From: Leptolyngbyaceae cyanobacterium
GTDB lineage: Bacteria > Cyanobacteriota > Cyanobacteriia > Phormidesmidales > Phormidesmidaceae
Length of the DNA stretch: 64,000 nt
NCBI GenBank assembly: GCA_965263355.1
Contig: CBDHHL010000032.1
Span: 3,584,001 to 3,648,000 of the forward strand
Direction of reading: 5' to 3'
This document shows, piece by piece, positions 28,629-38,605 of the stretch. The translations under genes were made by a program, and so were the position numbers. The first letter of the stretch is position 1. Each line of letters starts with the position of its first letter. The notes beneath the pieces are model-generated. The model was not told the DNA's origin. It saw only the letters and a list, made by a program, of their open reading frames with translations, and made no database searches.

Positions 28629-29969
28629 CTATGTCGTATATTCGGCGTTGATGTTGACGTAGTTGTAGCTCAGATCACAACCCCACGCTTGCCCATTGCC
28701 TTCTCTATTGCCAACTGTGACTGCAATGTGTACTGGGTGAGCTAAGGCTTCAGGAGCCATAGCCCGGCGCTCAATTGCCTGAATGCCATCAGTACTAACG
28801 ATATCATTAGCTTGATTTGTGCTACTAAATGCTTGAACACTAAGGTCTGAGCATTGTTTGAGATAGCTATGGGCTGCCATCCGATCAAAGGGTTGAGGTT
28901 GACCGTGTTCCAATAGTACAAAATCCCCCATCATAATCGTTAGTTCTGTTTGATCTAAGCTGACCCCAGCTCGACCCGCAGCACCGGCAATTCTTCCCCA
29001 ATTTGGGTCTCGACCAAAAATAGCTGATTTTACTAAGGATGAACTGGCAATAGTGCGTGCAATTTTTCGGGCGTCTTGATCACTAGCGGCTCCGGATACA
29101 GATACTTCTATTAAACAGGTGGCTCCTTCTCCATCGCGGGCAACGCTTTTGGCTAGATACGTGCATACTTCGGTCAGCATTGCTTCTAATCGATTGGCAT
29201 CTGCATCTTGGGCAGAGATGATGGGGGTGTTAGATTGCCCATTGGCCAGGGCGATTACCGTATCGTTTGTACTTGTGTCACCGTCGACGGTAATTTGGTT
29301 AAAGCTTTGGTCAACGGCACGGGTGAGGAGCGTTTGCCACAGGTCTGGTGAAACGGCTGCATCACAGGTGATGAAGGCTAGCATTGTGGCCATATTAGGA
29401 TGGATCATGCCCGATCCTTTTGCCATCCCACCGATACGGATGGGACGTCCATTAAGGGTGGTTTCTAGGGCATAGGTTTTGGTGACTAAATCTGTGGTTA
29501 CAATGGCCTGGGCCGCAGCCTCACCTCCCTGATCAGATAGTTGGGCCACCAGCTGTGGTAAATGGGTTAGCAGGGGAGTCATTTTGATCCGTTGGCCAAT
29601 GACACCAGTGGAGGCGATCAATATTTGATCTGCACTAGTGTCGAGGGCAGTGGCGGTGGCCGTGGCCATGGTGACGGTATCTTCCCACCCTTGCTTACCG
29701 GTGCAAGCATTGGCCTGCCCTGAATTACAGAGAATGGCTCGAACTGAGGGTTGAGTATTTAATTGTTGTTGGCAGTAGTCTATGCAAGCTGCTCTTACTT
29801 GGGATTGGGTGTAGACTGCGGCTGCGATCGCATCATTCTCAGACACAATCAGTGCTAAATCCGGTGCTCCTGAGGCCTTGAGCCCAGCCCTAATTCCGGC
29901 GGCGGTAAAGCCTTGTGGTGCGGTTACCCCACCTGGAATCACCTGCCACTGTGTTTCACCCTGTTCCAT
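28629..29969 (-). CDS. argJ: Bifunctional ornithine acetyltransferase/N-acetylglutamate synthase
   Basis: 'NSGQANACTG', 'KGSGMIHPNMATML', 'VDGDTSTND', 'DPNWGRI', 'NAEYTT'. Confidence 0.97.
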   Translation of the reverse strand: MEQGETQWQVIPGGVTAPQGFTAAGIRAGLKASGAPDLALIVSENDAIAAAVYTQSQVRAACIDYCQQQLNTQPSVRAILCNSGQANACTGKQGWEDTVTMATATATALDTSADQILIASTGVIGQRIKMTPLLTHLPQLVAQLSDQGGEAAAQAIVTTDLVTKTYALETTLNGRPIRIGGMAKGSGMIHPNMATMLAFITCDAAVSPDLWQTLLTRAVDQSFNQITVDGDTSTNDTVIALANGQSNTPIISAQDADANRLEAMLTEVCTYLAKSVARDGEGATCLIEVSVSGAASDQDARKIARTIASSSLVKSAIFGRDPNWGRIAGAAGRAGVSLDQTELTIMMGDFVLLEHGQPQPFDRMAAHSYLKQCSDLSVQAFSSTNQANDIVSTDGIQAIERRAMAPEALAHPVHIAVTVGNREGNGQAWGCDLSYNYVNINAEYTT

Positions 29970-30328
29970 AGTTATCGCTTTGCTTTATCTACCTGTTTTA
30001 TCAACTGTGACGTTAATGGGTGGCCTAATTTGAACTTATCCTAAGTCTCTATGACCTACTATGAAAGACATAGGCAATACCTGTTTAAATTACCAATAGT
30101 TAGCTTGAACAGCGATTGGCTATGGTTAGCCGACAACGTTAACATTACTTCGGGACTGTTATCTGGTAAAAAAAGATTGACAACAAACCTAAGAGTACGC
30201 TCAACAGCATCTTCTCTTCCGTCAACGGTGATAAGACTTGGGGACAAATCTGAATTTGTTCAATGTGACTTGCTTGGGATGATTATTCACTGTAACAATC
30301 TCTTTTGATATCTCTCCTACCATCCTAG

Positions 30329-31672
30329 CTACCCCATCACTTGATTGACAAAGTTGGTGTATACCTCTCCCTTGAGAAATTCAGGACGTTCCAATACTTG
30401 TTGGTGAAAGCTAATTGTAGTAGGTAATCCAGTAATTGCACATTCTCTCAATGCCCGTTTCATCCGTTGAATAGCGATCATACGATTAGGACCCCAGACA
30501 ATTAACTTTCCAATGAGAGAATCATAATAAGGAGGAATCTCATAGTCAGTGTAAACATGGGAATCCATACGTACCCCAAGACCACCAGGTGCTAAATAAC
30601 CACTAATGCGGCCTGGATTAGGGCGGAAGTTATGCTCGGGATCTTCGGCGTTGATGCGACATTCAATGGCATGCCCCTTCAGGAGGATATCGTTTTGAGT
30701 AAACGATAGACGTTCGCCTTGGGCTACCCGGATTTGTTCTGCAATCAGGTCGATGCCCGTAACCATTTCAGTCACTGGATGCTCTACCTGGATCCGAGTG
30801 TTCATTTCCATAAAGTAGAAATTTTCCTGGCTGTCCACCAGGAACTCTATCGTACCCGCCCCCACATAGTTGATGGCCTTGGCAGCACGCACAGCGGCAT
30901 CTCCCATTTGTTCGCGTAGGTCAGGGTTTAGGGCCGGGCTAGGGGCTTCTTCGAGTAATTTTTGGTGGCGACGCTGAATTGAGCAATCCCGTTCGCCCAG
31001 GTGCACGACATTACCATAACTGTCGGCCAATATTTGAAACTCAATGTGGCGCGGATTCTCGACAAACTTTTCTAGATACACACCACCATTACCAAAAGCG
31101 GCTTCGGCTTCACCTTGGGCTGAAAGAAATAGCTTGGTCATTTCCCCAGCTTCTCTGACCAGCCGCATGCCACGACCGCCGCCGCCTGCTGTGGCCTTAA
31201 CCATGACGGGATAGCCGATGTCAGTAGCTAAAACCATGGCCTCTTCAGGGTTATCCAATAGGCCCTTGCTACCAGGTACTATGGGTACGTTGACCCGCTG
31301 CATGGTGGCTTTGGCTGTGGATTTGTCCCCCATGGCGCGCATCGCTGCTGCTGATGGGCCAATGAATACAATTTTATGGTCCGCACAAATATCGACGAAT
31401 CGATCATTTTCAGCCAGAAAACCGTAGCCAGGATGAATGGCGCTGGCCCCCGTTGTCATGGCGGCAGCAATGATGTTGGGGACGTTGAGGTAACTACGAC
31501 TGCTTGGGGCTTCACCAATGCAAATAGCTTCATCTGCTAGTTGGACGTGGAGGGCATGGCGATCAATGGTGGAATGAACCGCTACCGTCGCTATCCCCAT
31601 TTCCTCACAGGTGCGTAAAATGCGCAGTGCGATTTCACCTCGGTTTGCAATCAAGATTTTGGAAAAACGCAT
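30329..31672 (-). CDS. accC: Acetyl-CoA carboxylase, biotin carboxylase subunit
   Basis: 'KILIANRGEIA', 'HPGYGFLAEN', 'GGGGRGMR', 'EMNTRIQVEHPVTE'. Confidence 0.97.
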   Translation of the reverse strand: MRFSKILIANRGEIALRILRTCEEMGIATVAVHSTIDRHALHVQLADEAICIGEAPSSRSYLNVPNIIAAAMTTGASAIHPGYGFLAENDRFVDICADHKIVFIGPSAAAMRAMGDKSTAKATMQRVNVPIVPGSKGLLDNPEEAMVLATDIGYPVMVKATAGGGGRGMRLVREAGEMTKLFLSAQGEAEAAFGNGGVYLEKFVENPRHIEFQILADSYGNVVHLGERDCSIQRRHQKLLEEAPSPALNPDLREQMGDAAVRAAKAINYVGAGTIEFLVDSQENFYFMEMNTRIQVEHPVTEMVTGIDLIAEQIRVAQGERLSFTQNDILLKGHAIECRINAEDPEHNFRPNPGRISGYLAPGGLGVRMDSHVYTDYEIPPYYDSLIGKLIVWGPNRMIAIQRMKRALRECAITGLPTTISFHQQVLERPEFLKGEVYTNFVNQVMG

Positions 31673-31852
31673 CAGCTAACCAGTGCCTTAAGGAATTTGT
31701 TTTATCTATGTGCATCATAGGATGGAAGCTGATCGTACCACGCAGACTTACCCGGAATAATTACTCCAAATTAGCCAAACAAAATCTAGTAATTGAAGGG
31801 GCTGTTTGTGGCATACTGCTATATGCTATTGTGCGATTTTTGATAGCATTCT

Positions 31853-31934
31853 GCGGATGTGGTGGAATTGGTAGACACGCACGCTTGAGGGGCGTGTGGC
31901 TTATGCCATGCGAGTTCGATTCTCGCCATCCGCA
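31853..31934 (+). tRNA. tRNA-Leu(GAG)
   Basis: Acceptor stem GCGGATG/CATCCGC, anticodon arm CACGC-TTGAGGG-GCGTG, long variable arm, GTTCGA T-loop. Confidence 0.95.
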
Positions 31935-32120
31935 TTAATTTTTTGTTTCCAAAGGGCTAGTACTAGCGATACCTTAAGCAATCGGTTGAGATAAGGATAG
32001 TTGAAGTCTTCACTTTTAGCGGTTCCTAGCCGGTTTGCTTTTGGGCTCAAGGTAACCCTGTCTGCATAGCTTGGGCCAAACGTATATCATGACAATAGTC
32101 ATGAATTTTTGTAAACAGCT

Positions 32121-32735
32121 TTGACTTCAACGCTTGGACCGCTATCAAAGGCTCACAAGGCTGCCGGTTGGCATTCTCTAGATATGCTTTGGCAGGGGGA
32201 TGAAACGGTTGTTAAGAGGGGGTTGCCCCATGATCAGCTATCGCCAGCCTGGCAGATCTTGATGCTAGGTGACGGTTCCCCTACCAGGCATCTACAGTTA
32301 CTGACGCGGGAGCCCACTGAGGTTGATGTCATTGAAATGTCCCTGGTGGGGATGGCGAATGATGGTGCTCCAGCTCCGATTAGTTATGTCCCTGGGCCTC
32401 GTTTAAGACGCCAAGTCTGGTTGCGTACGGCGTCAGGGCAGCGTTTAGCCTATGCCACATCTTGGTGGGAAGCCAGTCATGTGGATGACTACCTGAAGAA
32501 TCGTTCCCTACCTATTTGGGCGAGTTTGGCCAATTTACGCACAGAGCTTTATCGCGATATTCAAGGCATCTACTATGGTTGGTGTCCACCTCTAGAAGCT
32601 GCTTTTGGTCAGAAGGGGCCGTTCTGGGGACGTCATTATTTATTTTGGCACCATGGCAAGCCGCTGACCCTCATTTATGAGGTTTTTTCGCCTTATTTAA
32701 TGCGATACCTGGGGCCTATGCGGTCATCTTTGTAG
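32121..32735 (+). CDS. ubiC: Chorismate pyruvate-lyase (Ycf21/DUF98 family)
   Basis: 'LMLGDGSPTRHLQLL', 'LRRQVWL', 'FWGRHYLF', 'IYEVFSP'. Confidence 0.85.
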   Translation: MTSTLGPLSKAHKAAGWHSLDMLWQGDETVVKRGLPHDQLSPAWQILMLGDGSPTRHLQLLTREPTEVDVIEMSLVGMANDGAPAPISYVPGPRLRRQVWLRTASGQRLAYATSWWEASHVDDYLKNRSLPIWASLANLRTELYRDIQGIYYGWCPPLEAAFGQKGPFWGRHYLFWHHGKPLTLIYEVFSPYLMRYLGPMRSSL

Positions 32736-32753
32736 GGGATGCCATGCCGCCCC

Positions 32754-32933
32754 TTACAATACTTCATTTGTTTTTGTTGGGGGGGGAGTTTGATGGCGTC
32801 GTTTACGACATCGGTCAGAGCAATATTTCACCTCATCCCAGCAGTCAGCCCATTTTTTACGCCAGGTAAAGGGGCGTCGACAGACTAAGCAGGTTTTTGT
32901 GGGTAAATCGGATTTTCGACGTTGTCGGGCCAT
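32754..32933 (-). CDS. DUF2256 domain protein
   Basis: '[34 protein letters not shown]'; ATG at 32933. Confidence 0.88.
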   Translation of the reverse strand: MARQRRKSDLPTKTCLVCRRPFTWRKKWADCWDEVKYCSDRCRKRRHQTPPPTKTNEVL

Positions 32934-33020
32934 ATTTTTGATTAAATGTTTTTCTAAACTAATGCTCGCGGTATGCTCAGGAACTAGTCTAAAAGGCATC
33001 GGCTAACGGTGCCGGTTTAG

Positions 33021-33803
33021 ATGCAGCTTGTTTGCGATCGCATGTCCTCTGACCCATCCCTAGCTCTACTACGTATTGTCTTAGTTGAACCCGCTGGTCC
33101 CTTGAATATCGGTTCAGTCGCACGGGTGATGAAAAATTTCGGGCTATCCCAGCTCGTTTTAGTGAATCCCCAATGTGACCCCCAATGTGACGATGCTAGG
33201 CAAATGGCAGTCCATGCCTACGATGTCATTCAGACATCAAGGACGGTGGCTACGTTGCCTGAGGCATTGACGGGTTGTCAGCGAGCGATTGCTACTACAG
33301 CCCGTGCCCGTGATCTCAAAACTCCCCTCGAATTACCTCAGTTGGCCTTACCCTGGTTGCTAGAAGCAATGCCCACTGCACTCATTTTTGGCCCCGAAGA
33401 TCGGGGGCTCAATAACGACGAAATGCTGCAAGCTCAGCGTTTTATTAAAATTGATACCTGTCCTCACTATGAGTCTTTAAACTTAGCCCAAGCGGTTGCT
33501 ATTTGCTGCTATGAACTGTCTCGGGTGGGGCAACGATCGTTATCTATCGAGTCATTTCCTGAGTCAGGAACGCCCAGTAACACTGCCACTCTGGATGAGC
33601 TGGATGGGTATTATCAGCATCTAGAGTCGATTTTGTTGAAAATCGGCTATCTTTATCCCCATACGGCTCCTAGCCGCATGCGGAAATTTCGACAACTGGG
33701 GCATCGTGCCGCCCTATCTACCCAGGATGTTGCCATGCTGCGCGGTATCCTACGACAAATAGATTGGGCCACTCATCAAAAAATTGATTCTAAGTCCCCT
33801 TAG
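33021..33803 (+). CDS. trmJ: SPOUT RNA methyltransferase, TrmJ/LasT family
   Basis: 'IVLVEPAGPLNIGSVARVMKNFG', 'FGPEDRGL', 'SLNLAQAV'. Confidence 0.88.
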   Translation: MQLVCDRMSSDPSLALLRIVLVEPAGPLNIGSVARVMKNFGLSQLVLVNPQCDPQCDDARQMAVHAYDVIQTSRTVATLPEALTGCQRAIATTARARDLKTPLELPQLALPWLLEAMPTALIFGPEDRGLNNDEMLQAQRFIKIDTCPHYESLNLAQAVAICCYELSRVGQRSLSIESFPESGTPSNTATLDELDGYYQHLESILLKIGYLYPHTAPSRMRKFRQLGHRAALSTQDVAMLRGILRQIDWATHQKIDSKSP

Positions 33804-33845
33804 GTTGTCCCAACGTTCCTTATATGTTGGGCGATCATTAGCAAT

Positions 33846-35180
33846 GTGTTCAAACCTATGACGGATCCACAGCAGCCTTATCCTAAATCACGTCGATCTG
33901 GTCGACCGCGGCGGCAGCGTAGAACTAATTCTTTTGGGCAGCCATCAGAGCGGCAACGGTCTGTCAGACTACCGCAACGAACGACCAGGTCTAATGCTAA
34001 GGCTGGCATGTTTGGTGACATGGTTGATCCATCTCGTCATGTCCGCCGTACTCGCCGGAGTTCTCGGTCTACCTGGCCCCCTCAGCCGAGGGCATCGCTG
34101 CTACCCAAGTTGCCCAAGCCAGTGGTGTATAGCATTCGCTTATTGATTATTGGGCTCGGGGTGGCAGCGATCGCAGGCACGGTTCTATCGGTGTTTACAC
34201 CAGCTGATGATCAGTTAACCAATGGCACCGCTGCTGAAACTCAGTCAACCGTTACTGCATCTAAGGCTCCTGAAAATGATGTGCTCGTTCGCACTCAAGA
34301 ATTAACAGACTTGACGACGACTCTAGTGGAGCTACAGGAGCTTTTTCCGATGCTTACTCCAACTATTTATGCATTTGATTTAGATACGGGCAACTACATA
34401 GATGTTTCTGGTACTACAGAAACGCCAGCAGCCAGTACAATCAAGCTGCCGATTTTGTTGGCTTTTTTTAAGGCTGTAGATGATGGCCGGATCCCTTTGG
34501 AACAGACCCTAGCTATGCAGTCGAGTCAGATTGCTGCCGGTTCGGGTGATATGCAGGTTGAGCCTCCAGGAACGCGCTATACCGCATTGGAGGTGGCAAC
34601 CCAGATGATTATTAACAGCGATAATACGGCCACCAACATGATGATCGATTTGTTGGGAGGGGCCACAGAACTGAATCAGCAGTTTGCTGATTGGGGGCTG
34701 ACGGCGACGGTTCTGCGGAATCCGTTGCCTGATTTGGCAGGGACTAACACCACCAGTGCCGAAGATTTGGTGCGTATATTAGCCCATTTGCACAAGGGTG
34801 AGATTTTGAGTCTGCGCTCCCGTGACCGGGTATTAAATATTTTGCAGCGTACTTACAATAAAAAATTGCTACCAGCGGGGGTGAGTGAGACCACTGTTAG
34901 TTACAACAAAACTGGTGACATTGGTGAGGTTTTAGGAGATGTTGCCCTGATGGATTTGGCCAGTGGTAAACGATATGCGATCGCAGCCCTGGTGCAGCGT
35001 CCGGAAAATGATGGCCGTGCGCGGGAGCTGATTCGGAGGATTTCCCAGACTGTTTACCAATCTATGAATCAGCCTGTGCCTATTCCTCAACCTAGCAATG
35101 GAATTACTGAGATAGACTCTCAGTCTGATCTTCAGCCTGATGGTGAGATACCGGATCCAGCGATTGCTAATCCTCAATAG
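33846..35180 (+). CDS. Membrane-anchored serine hydrolase, class A beta-lactamase-like (cyanobacterial PBP-A type)
   Basis: SxxK 'ASTIK', 'SDN', 'KTG'; one TM helix after a basic N-terminus. Confidence 0.85.
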   Translation: MFKPMTDPQQPYPKSRRSGRPRRQRRTNSFGQPSERQRSVRLPQRTTRSNAKAGMFGDMVDPSRHVRRTRRSSRSTWPPQPRASLLPKLPKPVVYSIRLLIIGLGVAAIAGTVLSVFTPADDQLTNGTAAETQSTVTASKAPENDVLVRTQELTDLTTTLVELQELFPMLTPTIYAFDLDTGNYIDVSGTTETPAASTIKLPILLAFFKAVDDGRIPLEQTLAMQSSQIAAGSGDMQVEPPGTRYTALEVATQMIINSDNTATNMMIDLLGGATELNQQFADWGLTATVLRNPLPDLAGTNTTSAEDLVRILAHLHKGEILSLRSRDRVLNILQRTYNKKLLPAGVSETTVSYNKTGDIGEVLGDVALMDLASGKRYAIAALVQRPENDGRARELIRRISQTVYQSMNQPVPIPQPSNGITEIDSQSDLQPDGEIPDPAIANPQ

Positions 35181-35401
35181 CAGGAGCCAGTGGTCAGAAA
35201 CCAGAAGATTGTAGAGACTGTGCTTTTTGCAAGCCCCAGGTATTGGAGGCTAGTGGCCAAAATTTCGTATTACACCTGGTTATTTACAAAATACCTTGTA
35301 AAAACAGTTGACAAAATAGGCATCTTTGATGGACCCTGTCAAACAGTTTCGGGGGTTTAGTAGTCCATCTACACTCTGATACCTGTCAGCGCTAGAGGAA
35401 T

Positions 35402-37840
35402 ATGGTCAATACCCCTGTCGATATTAATCAGGTAAAACAGTTAGCTGCCACCGGGCATTTTCGTTCTGTCGCTCTGTGGCTGAACTATCCGTTGGTACCC
35501 CAAGCCATTTATGCTCAAGTTCAAACCGATCAATATCCAGGCTATTTACAGGTTTTACTTGAGTTTGAATGCATTCCAAAAAAGGATGCGTTAATTCGGT
35601 TAGTTTGCAACCGTCTTTGCCACCTAGAATCTACGGTTATACGTGGAGTTTACCTGGTGGGTCGGTTGGTCGGTACCAAACAACCCCTGTGGCAACAGCG
35701 TGTGCGGCTGCCACAGCATCGGCGTTTAGTCAAAGAGCCTGTTTCACAAGCGGCTGCTTCGTCCGACCCTGCACCAGTTATCGCTGTGCCTGAAGACGCA
35801 ACTTCCAGCCAGCCATCAATGGCTGCTGAGTCATCAACTAGTGCTCAGCCTGAAATTATTACTGCAACTACCTACGGTAGCGATGTGCGTAATGCTGTGC
35901 CGTCTTATCTAATTCCGCGAGAGTCCAATACTCAAGAGCGACGAAGGCGATTAAATCGTAGCGTTGCCCCGTTTCCCATTGTCCAAATTCGTTCAACTGA
36001 TCTTGACACCACGCAAACGTCAGCTCAGCGTCGTATAAATCGACGACGGAGCGCGCCAAAAGATGTAATTGAACAGCAGTTTAAATATCTGCGGGCCATT
36101 GTTGTCACTGGTTCGGCGGCAGCGGCCTTTATTTTAGGCTGTGTTACTGAGGCGATTTTGTCGCAGCAGGGGCAAGTTGCGCGTAAAACATCTCCCTCTT
36201 TACCGACATTCAATGACGGTGGTTGGCGTCCTCTGAGCGATGTAGAAAACCAAGAAATTACCTATCGGTCGGCTATGCGGGGTCCCACTGTACCGGCTGC
36301 CCTTGAACCGATTGCGGTGATGCCCCATGAACCCAGCAGCGATCCTGCCGACCCCACGGTCACCTTGGTGTTTGGGGGAGAGGTGCCAGTGGGGGATGTG
36401 CCATTGCAAACCCCTGATGCTGTTGCAAAGGTATTAGGTGGATTAGAGGTATTCCGAGAGGCTGATGTGGCTATGGTCGGCTTGGGCAATTCCCTAGCAA
36501 CGGCAGACACATCTTTACAGGAAAATTACTTTGACCGAACTCGACCTGATGCGTCAGATGCTCTGTTGAAGGGGGGGATTGATATTGTCGGTCTGACTGG
36601 GGACCAGACTATGGATTTTGGCCGTCAAGGCCTGATAGAAACCCTAGAAACTTTAGATAGTGCTGGTATTTACCGTGTAGGTGCTGGTCGCGATCCTCAG
36701 GAGGCTCGTCGTCCAGAAGTTTTAGAGGTAAAGGGACAGCGCATTGCTTACCTAAGTTATGCACCTGAGAGTGAGGCAGTGGCGACCTTAGGGCAAGCAG
36801 GTCTTAATATCCAAGAACGGGGCAGCATTATTGAAGATATTGCGGCTTTGCGTGAGGCGGTTGATTGGATTATTGTGAACTATCGATGGTACGGCGATCT
36901 AACTGCTGAACCCAATGAAACCCAAGTAAATCTGTCTAGATCGGCGATTGATGCTGGTGCAGACTTAGTCGTTGGTTATCATCCTCAACAGCTGCAAGGC
37001 GCTGAAGTTTATAAGTCCCGACCGATTGTCTATTCCTTGGGCGATTTTATTTTTCAGGATGCGCCCTTGGAGGACCACGATACAGCCACGCTACGAGTTT
37101 CTCTGAGGGACAAACAGATGAAGGTTGAGTTTCTACCCATTAGTGTCAGGGAGGCCCGTCCTCAGGCAGCGTCTGGAGAAACTGCAAAAGCTATTCTCAA
37201 GCAAATTCGTCAATCGTCTGAGGTGCTAGCTGCGCCACTACAATTTCCAGTTGTTTTAGATGCATTGCCTCAGACTAGTCCTTTGCTCAAGCCAAATAAG
37301 CCTGCAGCTCCTCTTAAAACCTTAGGGGAGTTAGAGCCAGGGCCATCATTCGATGATGGCCATTATTCAGATAGTCCTACTGATTATCCTGCCTATGTGA
37401 ACGAGTATGCTCCTGGGGTAGAGGGATTTACTCCAGATCCCTTTACCGATGACTTCATCTCTGAACCCGAACGTTTGGAGGATAATTCCTTTGATGACTT
37501 CAACCTTGAACCCGAACGTTTGGAGCCCAACAATGCTGTTGAACCTCAAGGGGATATTATTTCAAACCCTACAGAGCAGTCATTGCCTGGGTACGATTCA
37601 TTAGAGTTAGAGAGCTGGGGCGAGAAATCATCTCCCCAGCAAGAATTTCATCCTATGCAAGAGCGTTTAGATGGCTTTGAGCCAAGTCTTGAGTCATCTG
37701 GATTAGAACCATCAGGTGGTTTGTCAGCAATATCTGCAGATGACACAGACGATGCAACAGATGGTGATATGTCTGAAGATGTCTCTGTACAGGAGGCAAT
37801 TTCTCCCCATGATGAACCGCTGGTGGGGCCTCTGAGTTGA
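35402..37840 (+). CDS. CapA (PGA_cap) family metallophosphoesterase-like protein, multidomain
   Basis: 'IDAGADLVVGYHP', 'PIVYSLGDFIF', 'GQRIAYLSY'; central TM helix; acidic C-terminal tail. Confidence 0.85.
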   Translation: MVNTPVDINQVKQLAATGHFRSVALWLNYPLVPQAIYAQVQTDQYPGYLQVLLEFECIPKKDALIRLVCNRLCHLESTVIRGVYLVGRLVGTKQPLWQQRVRLPQHRRLVKEPVSQAAASSDPAPVIAVPEDATSSQPSMAAESSTSAQPEIITATTYGSDVRNAVPSYLIPRESNTQERRRRLNRSVAPFPIVQIRSTDLDTTQTSAQRRINRRRSAPKDVIEQQFKYLRAIVVTGSAAAAFILGCVTEAILSQQGQVARKTSPSLPTFNDGGWRPLSDVENQEITYRSAMRGPTVPAALEPIAVMPHEPSSDPADPTVTLVFGGEVPVGDVPLQTPDAVAKVLGGLEVFREADVAMVGLGNSLATADTSLQENYFDRTRPDASDALLKGGIDIVGLTGDQTMDFGRQGLIETLETLDSAGIYRVGAGRDPQEARRPEVLEVKGQRIAYLSYAPESEAVATLGQAGLNIQERGSIIEDIAALREAVDWIIVNYRWYGDLTAEPNETQVNLSRSAIDAGADLVVGYHPQQLQGAEVYKSRPIVYSLGDFIFQDAPLEDHDTATLRVSLRDKQMKVEFLPISVREARPQAASGETAKAILKQIRQSSEVLAAPLQFPVVLDALPQTSPLLKPNKPAAPLKTLGELEPGPSFDDGHYSDSPTDYPAYVNEYAPGVEGFTPDPFTDDFISEPERLEDNSFDDFNLEPERLEPNNAVEPQGDIISNPTEQSLPGYDSLELESWGEKSSPQQEFHPMQERLDGFEPSLESSGLEPSGGLSAISADDTDDATDGDMSEDVSVQEAISPHDEPLVGPLS

Positions 37841-38355
37841 TGGCTAACTCAAGCCGATTAGCCTTTGTTATTTCTTTAGGCTCTCCATTAATAACTTGTC
37901 ATTCTTCTGGTGGTTATAGGGTGTTATCAACTTTTCTGTATATCAGTGATACACGCGGTTAGTTAAACCGATGTATCGCCATTTCAATTAATGCAGATTA
38001 AAGAAAAAAAAATATTTAGTTTCAGCGATATTGCTCTTTCTTGAAAGCTTTGCCTGGATAGGCTTTAAGCTTTAGATGTATTTTTTTTAGTACATATTAA
38101 CTCAGTGTTATTTCTGTTTTGGATACAAGGGGTTTACCACTTCGTTAAAGATTCAGGTATACTTTTATTTTCCAGCTGGATCCTTGTAGAAATCATAGAA
38201 ACCAGGGTAACCGCGTAGCTTTTTGAGACAAAAGACACATTCTAGAGCCGTTTTATACTGATAACGTTTAGGGGCTCGGAAGAAAGAACGTAGGCAGGTC
38301 AATAAAATATGGGCCTGTTGTTGATGTTGTAATCTTTGTGAGATTTATAACCGCT

Positions 38356-38601
38356 ATGGGAAGGGCAGGAAAAGCACTAAAGCATGTACTAACTCAGTAC
38401 GGAATTAGTCAAAATCGTCTAGCCGTAACAATGGGTGTCGCCCGTTCGACGGTCAATCAATGGGTGAATGAAGTTAGCGATCCGCTAGCAGATTCTGTAC
38501 CCGAAATCATTATTGCTCTAGAAACATTAGAGCCATCAGCCGCTAGCATCTTCCTCAGCATGTATTTGGAACGCGGCGCTGAAGCAACTATTGATCGCTA
38601 G
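38356..38601 (+). CDS. XRE family helix-turn-helix regulator
   Basis: 'GISQNRLAVTMGVARSTVNQWVN'. Confidence 0.85.
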   Translation: MGRAGKALKHVLTQYGISQNRLAVTMGVARSTVNQWVNEVSDPLADSVPEIIIALETLEPSAASIFLSMYLERGAEATIDR

Positions 38602-38605
38602 ATCC

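Noticed and set aside
30051..30308. Short ORFs between argJ and accC
   Set aside because: Overlapping on both strands with no motifs or RBS; likely spurious
31853..31934. tRNA-Leu or tRNA-Asn as island integration sites
   Set aside because: No integrase, no duplicated tRNA 3' end seen, and flanking genes are housekeeping
33846..35180. Antibiotic-resistance beta-lactamase
   Set aside because: The omega-loop position equivalent to Glu166 reads 'NPLPDL' with no Glu, typical of cyanobacterial PBP-A-type proteins rather than true class A beta-lactamases
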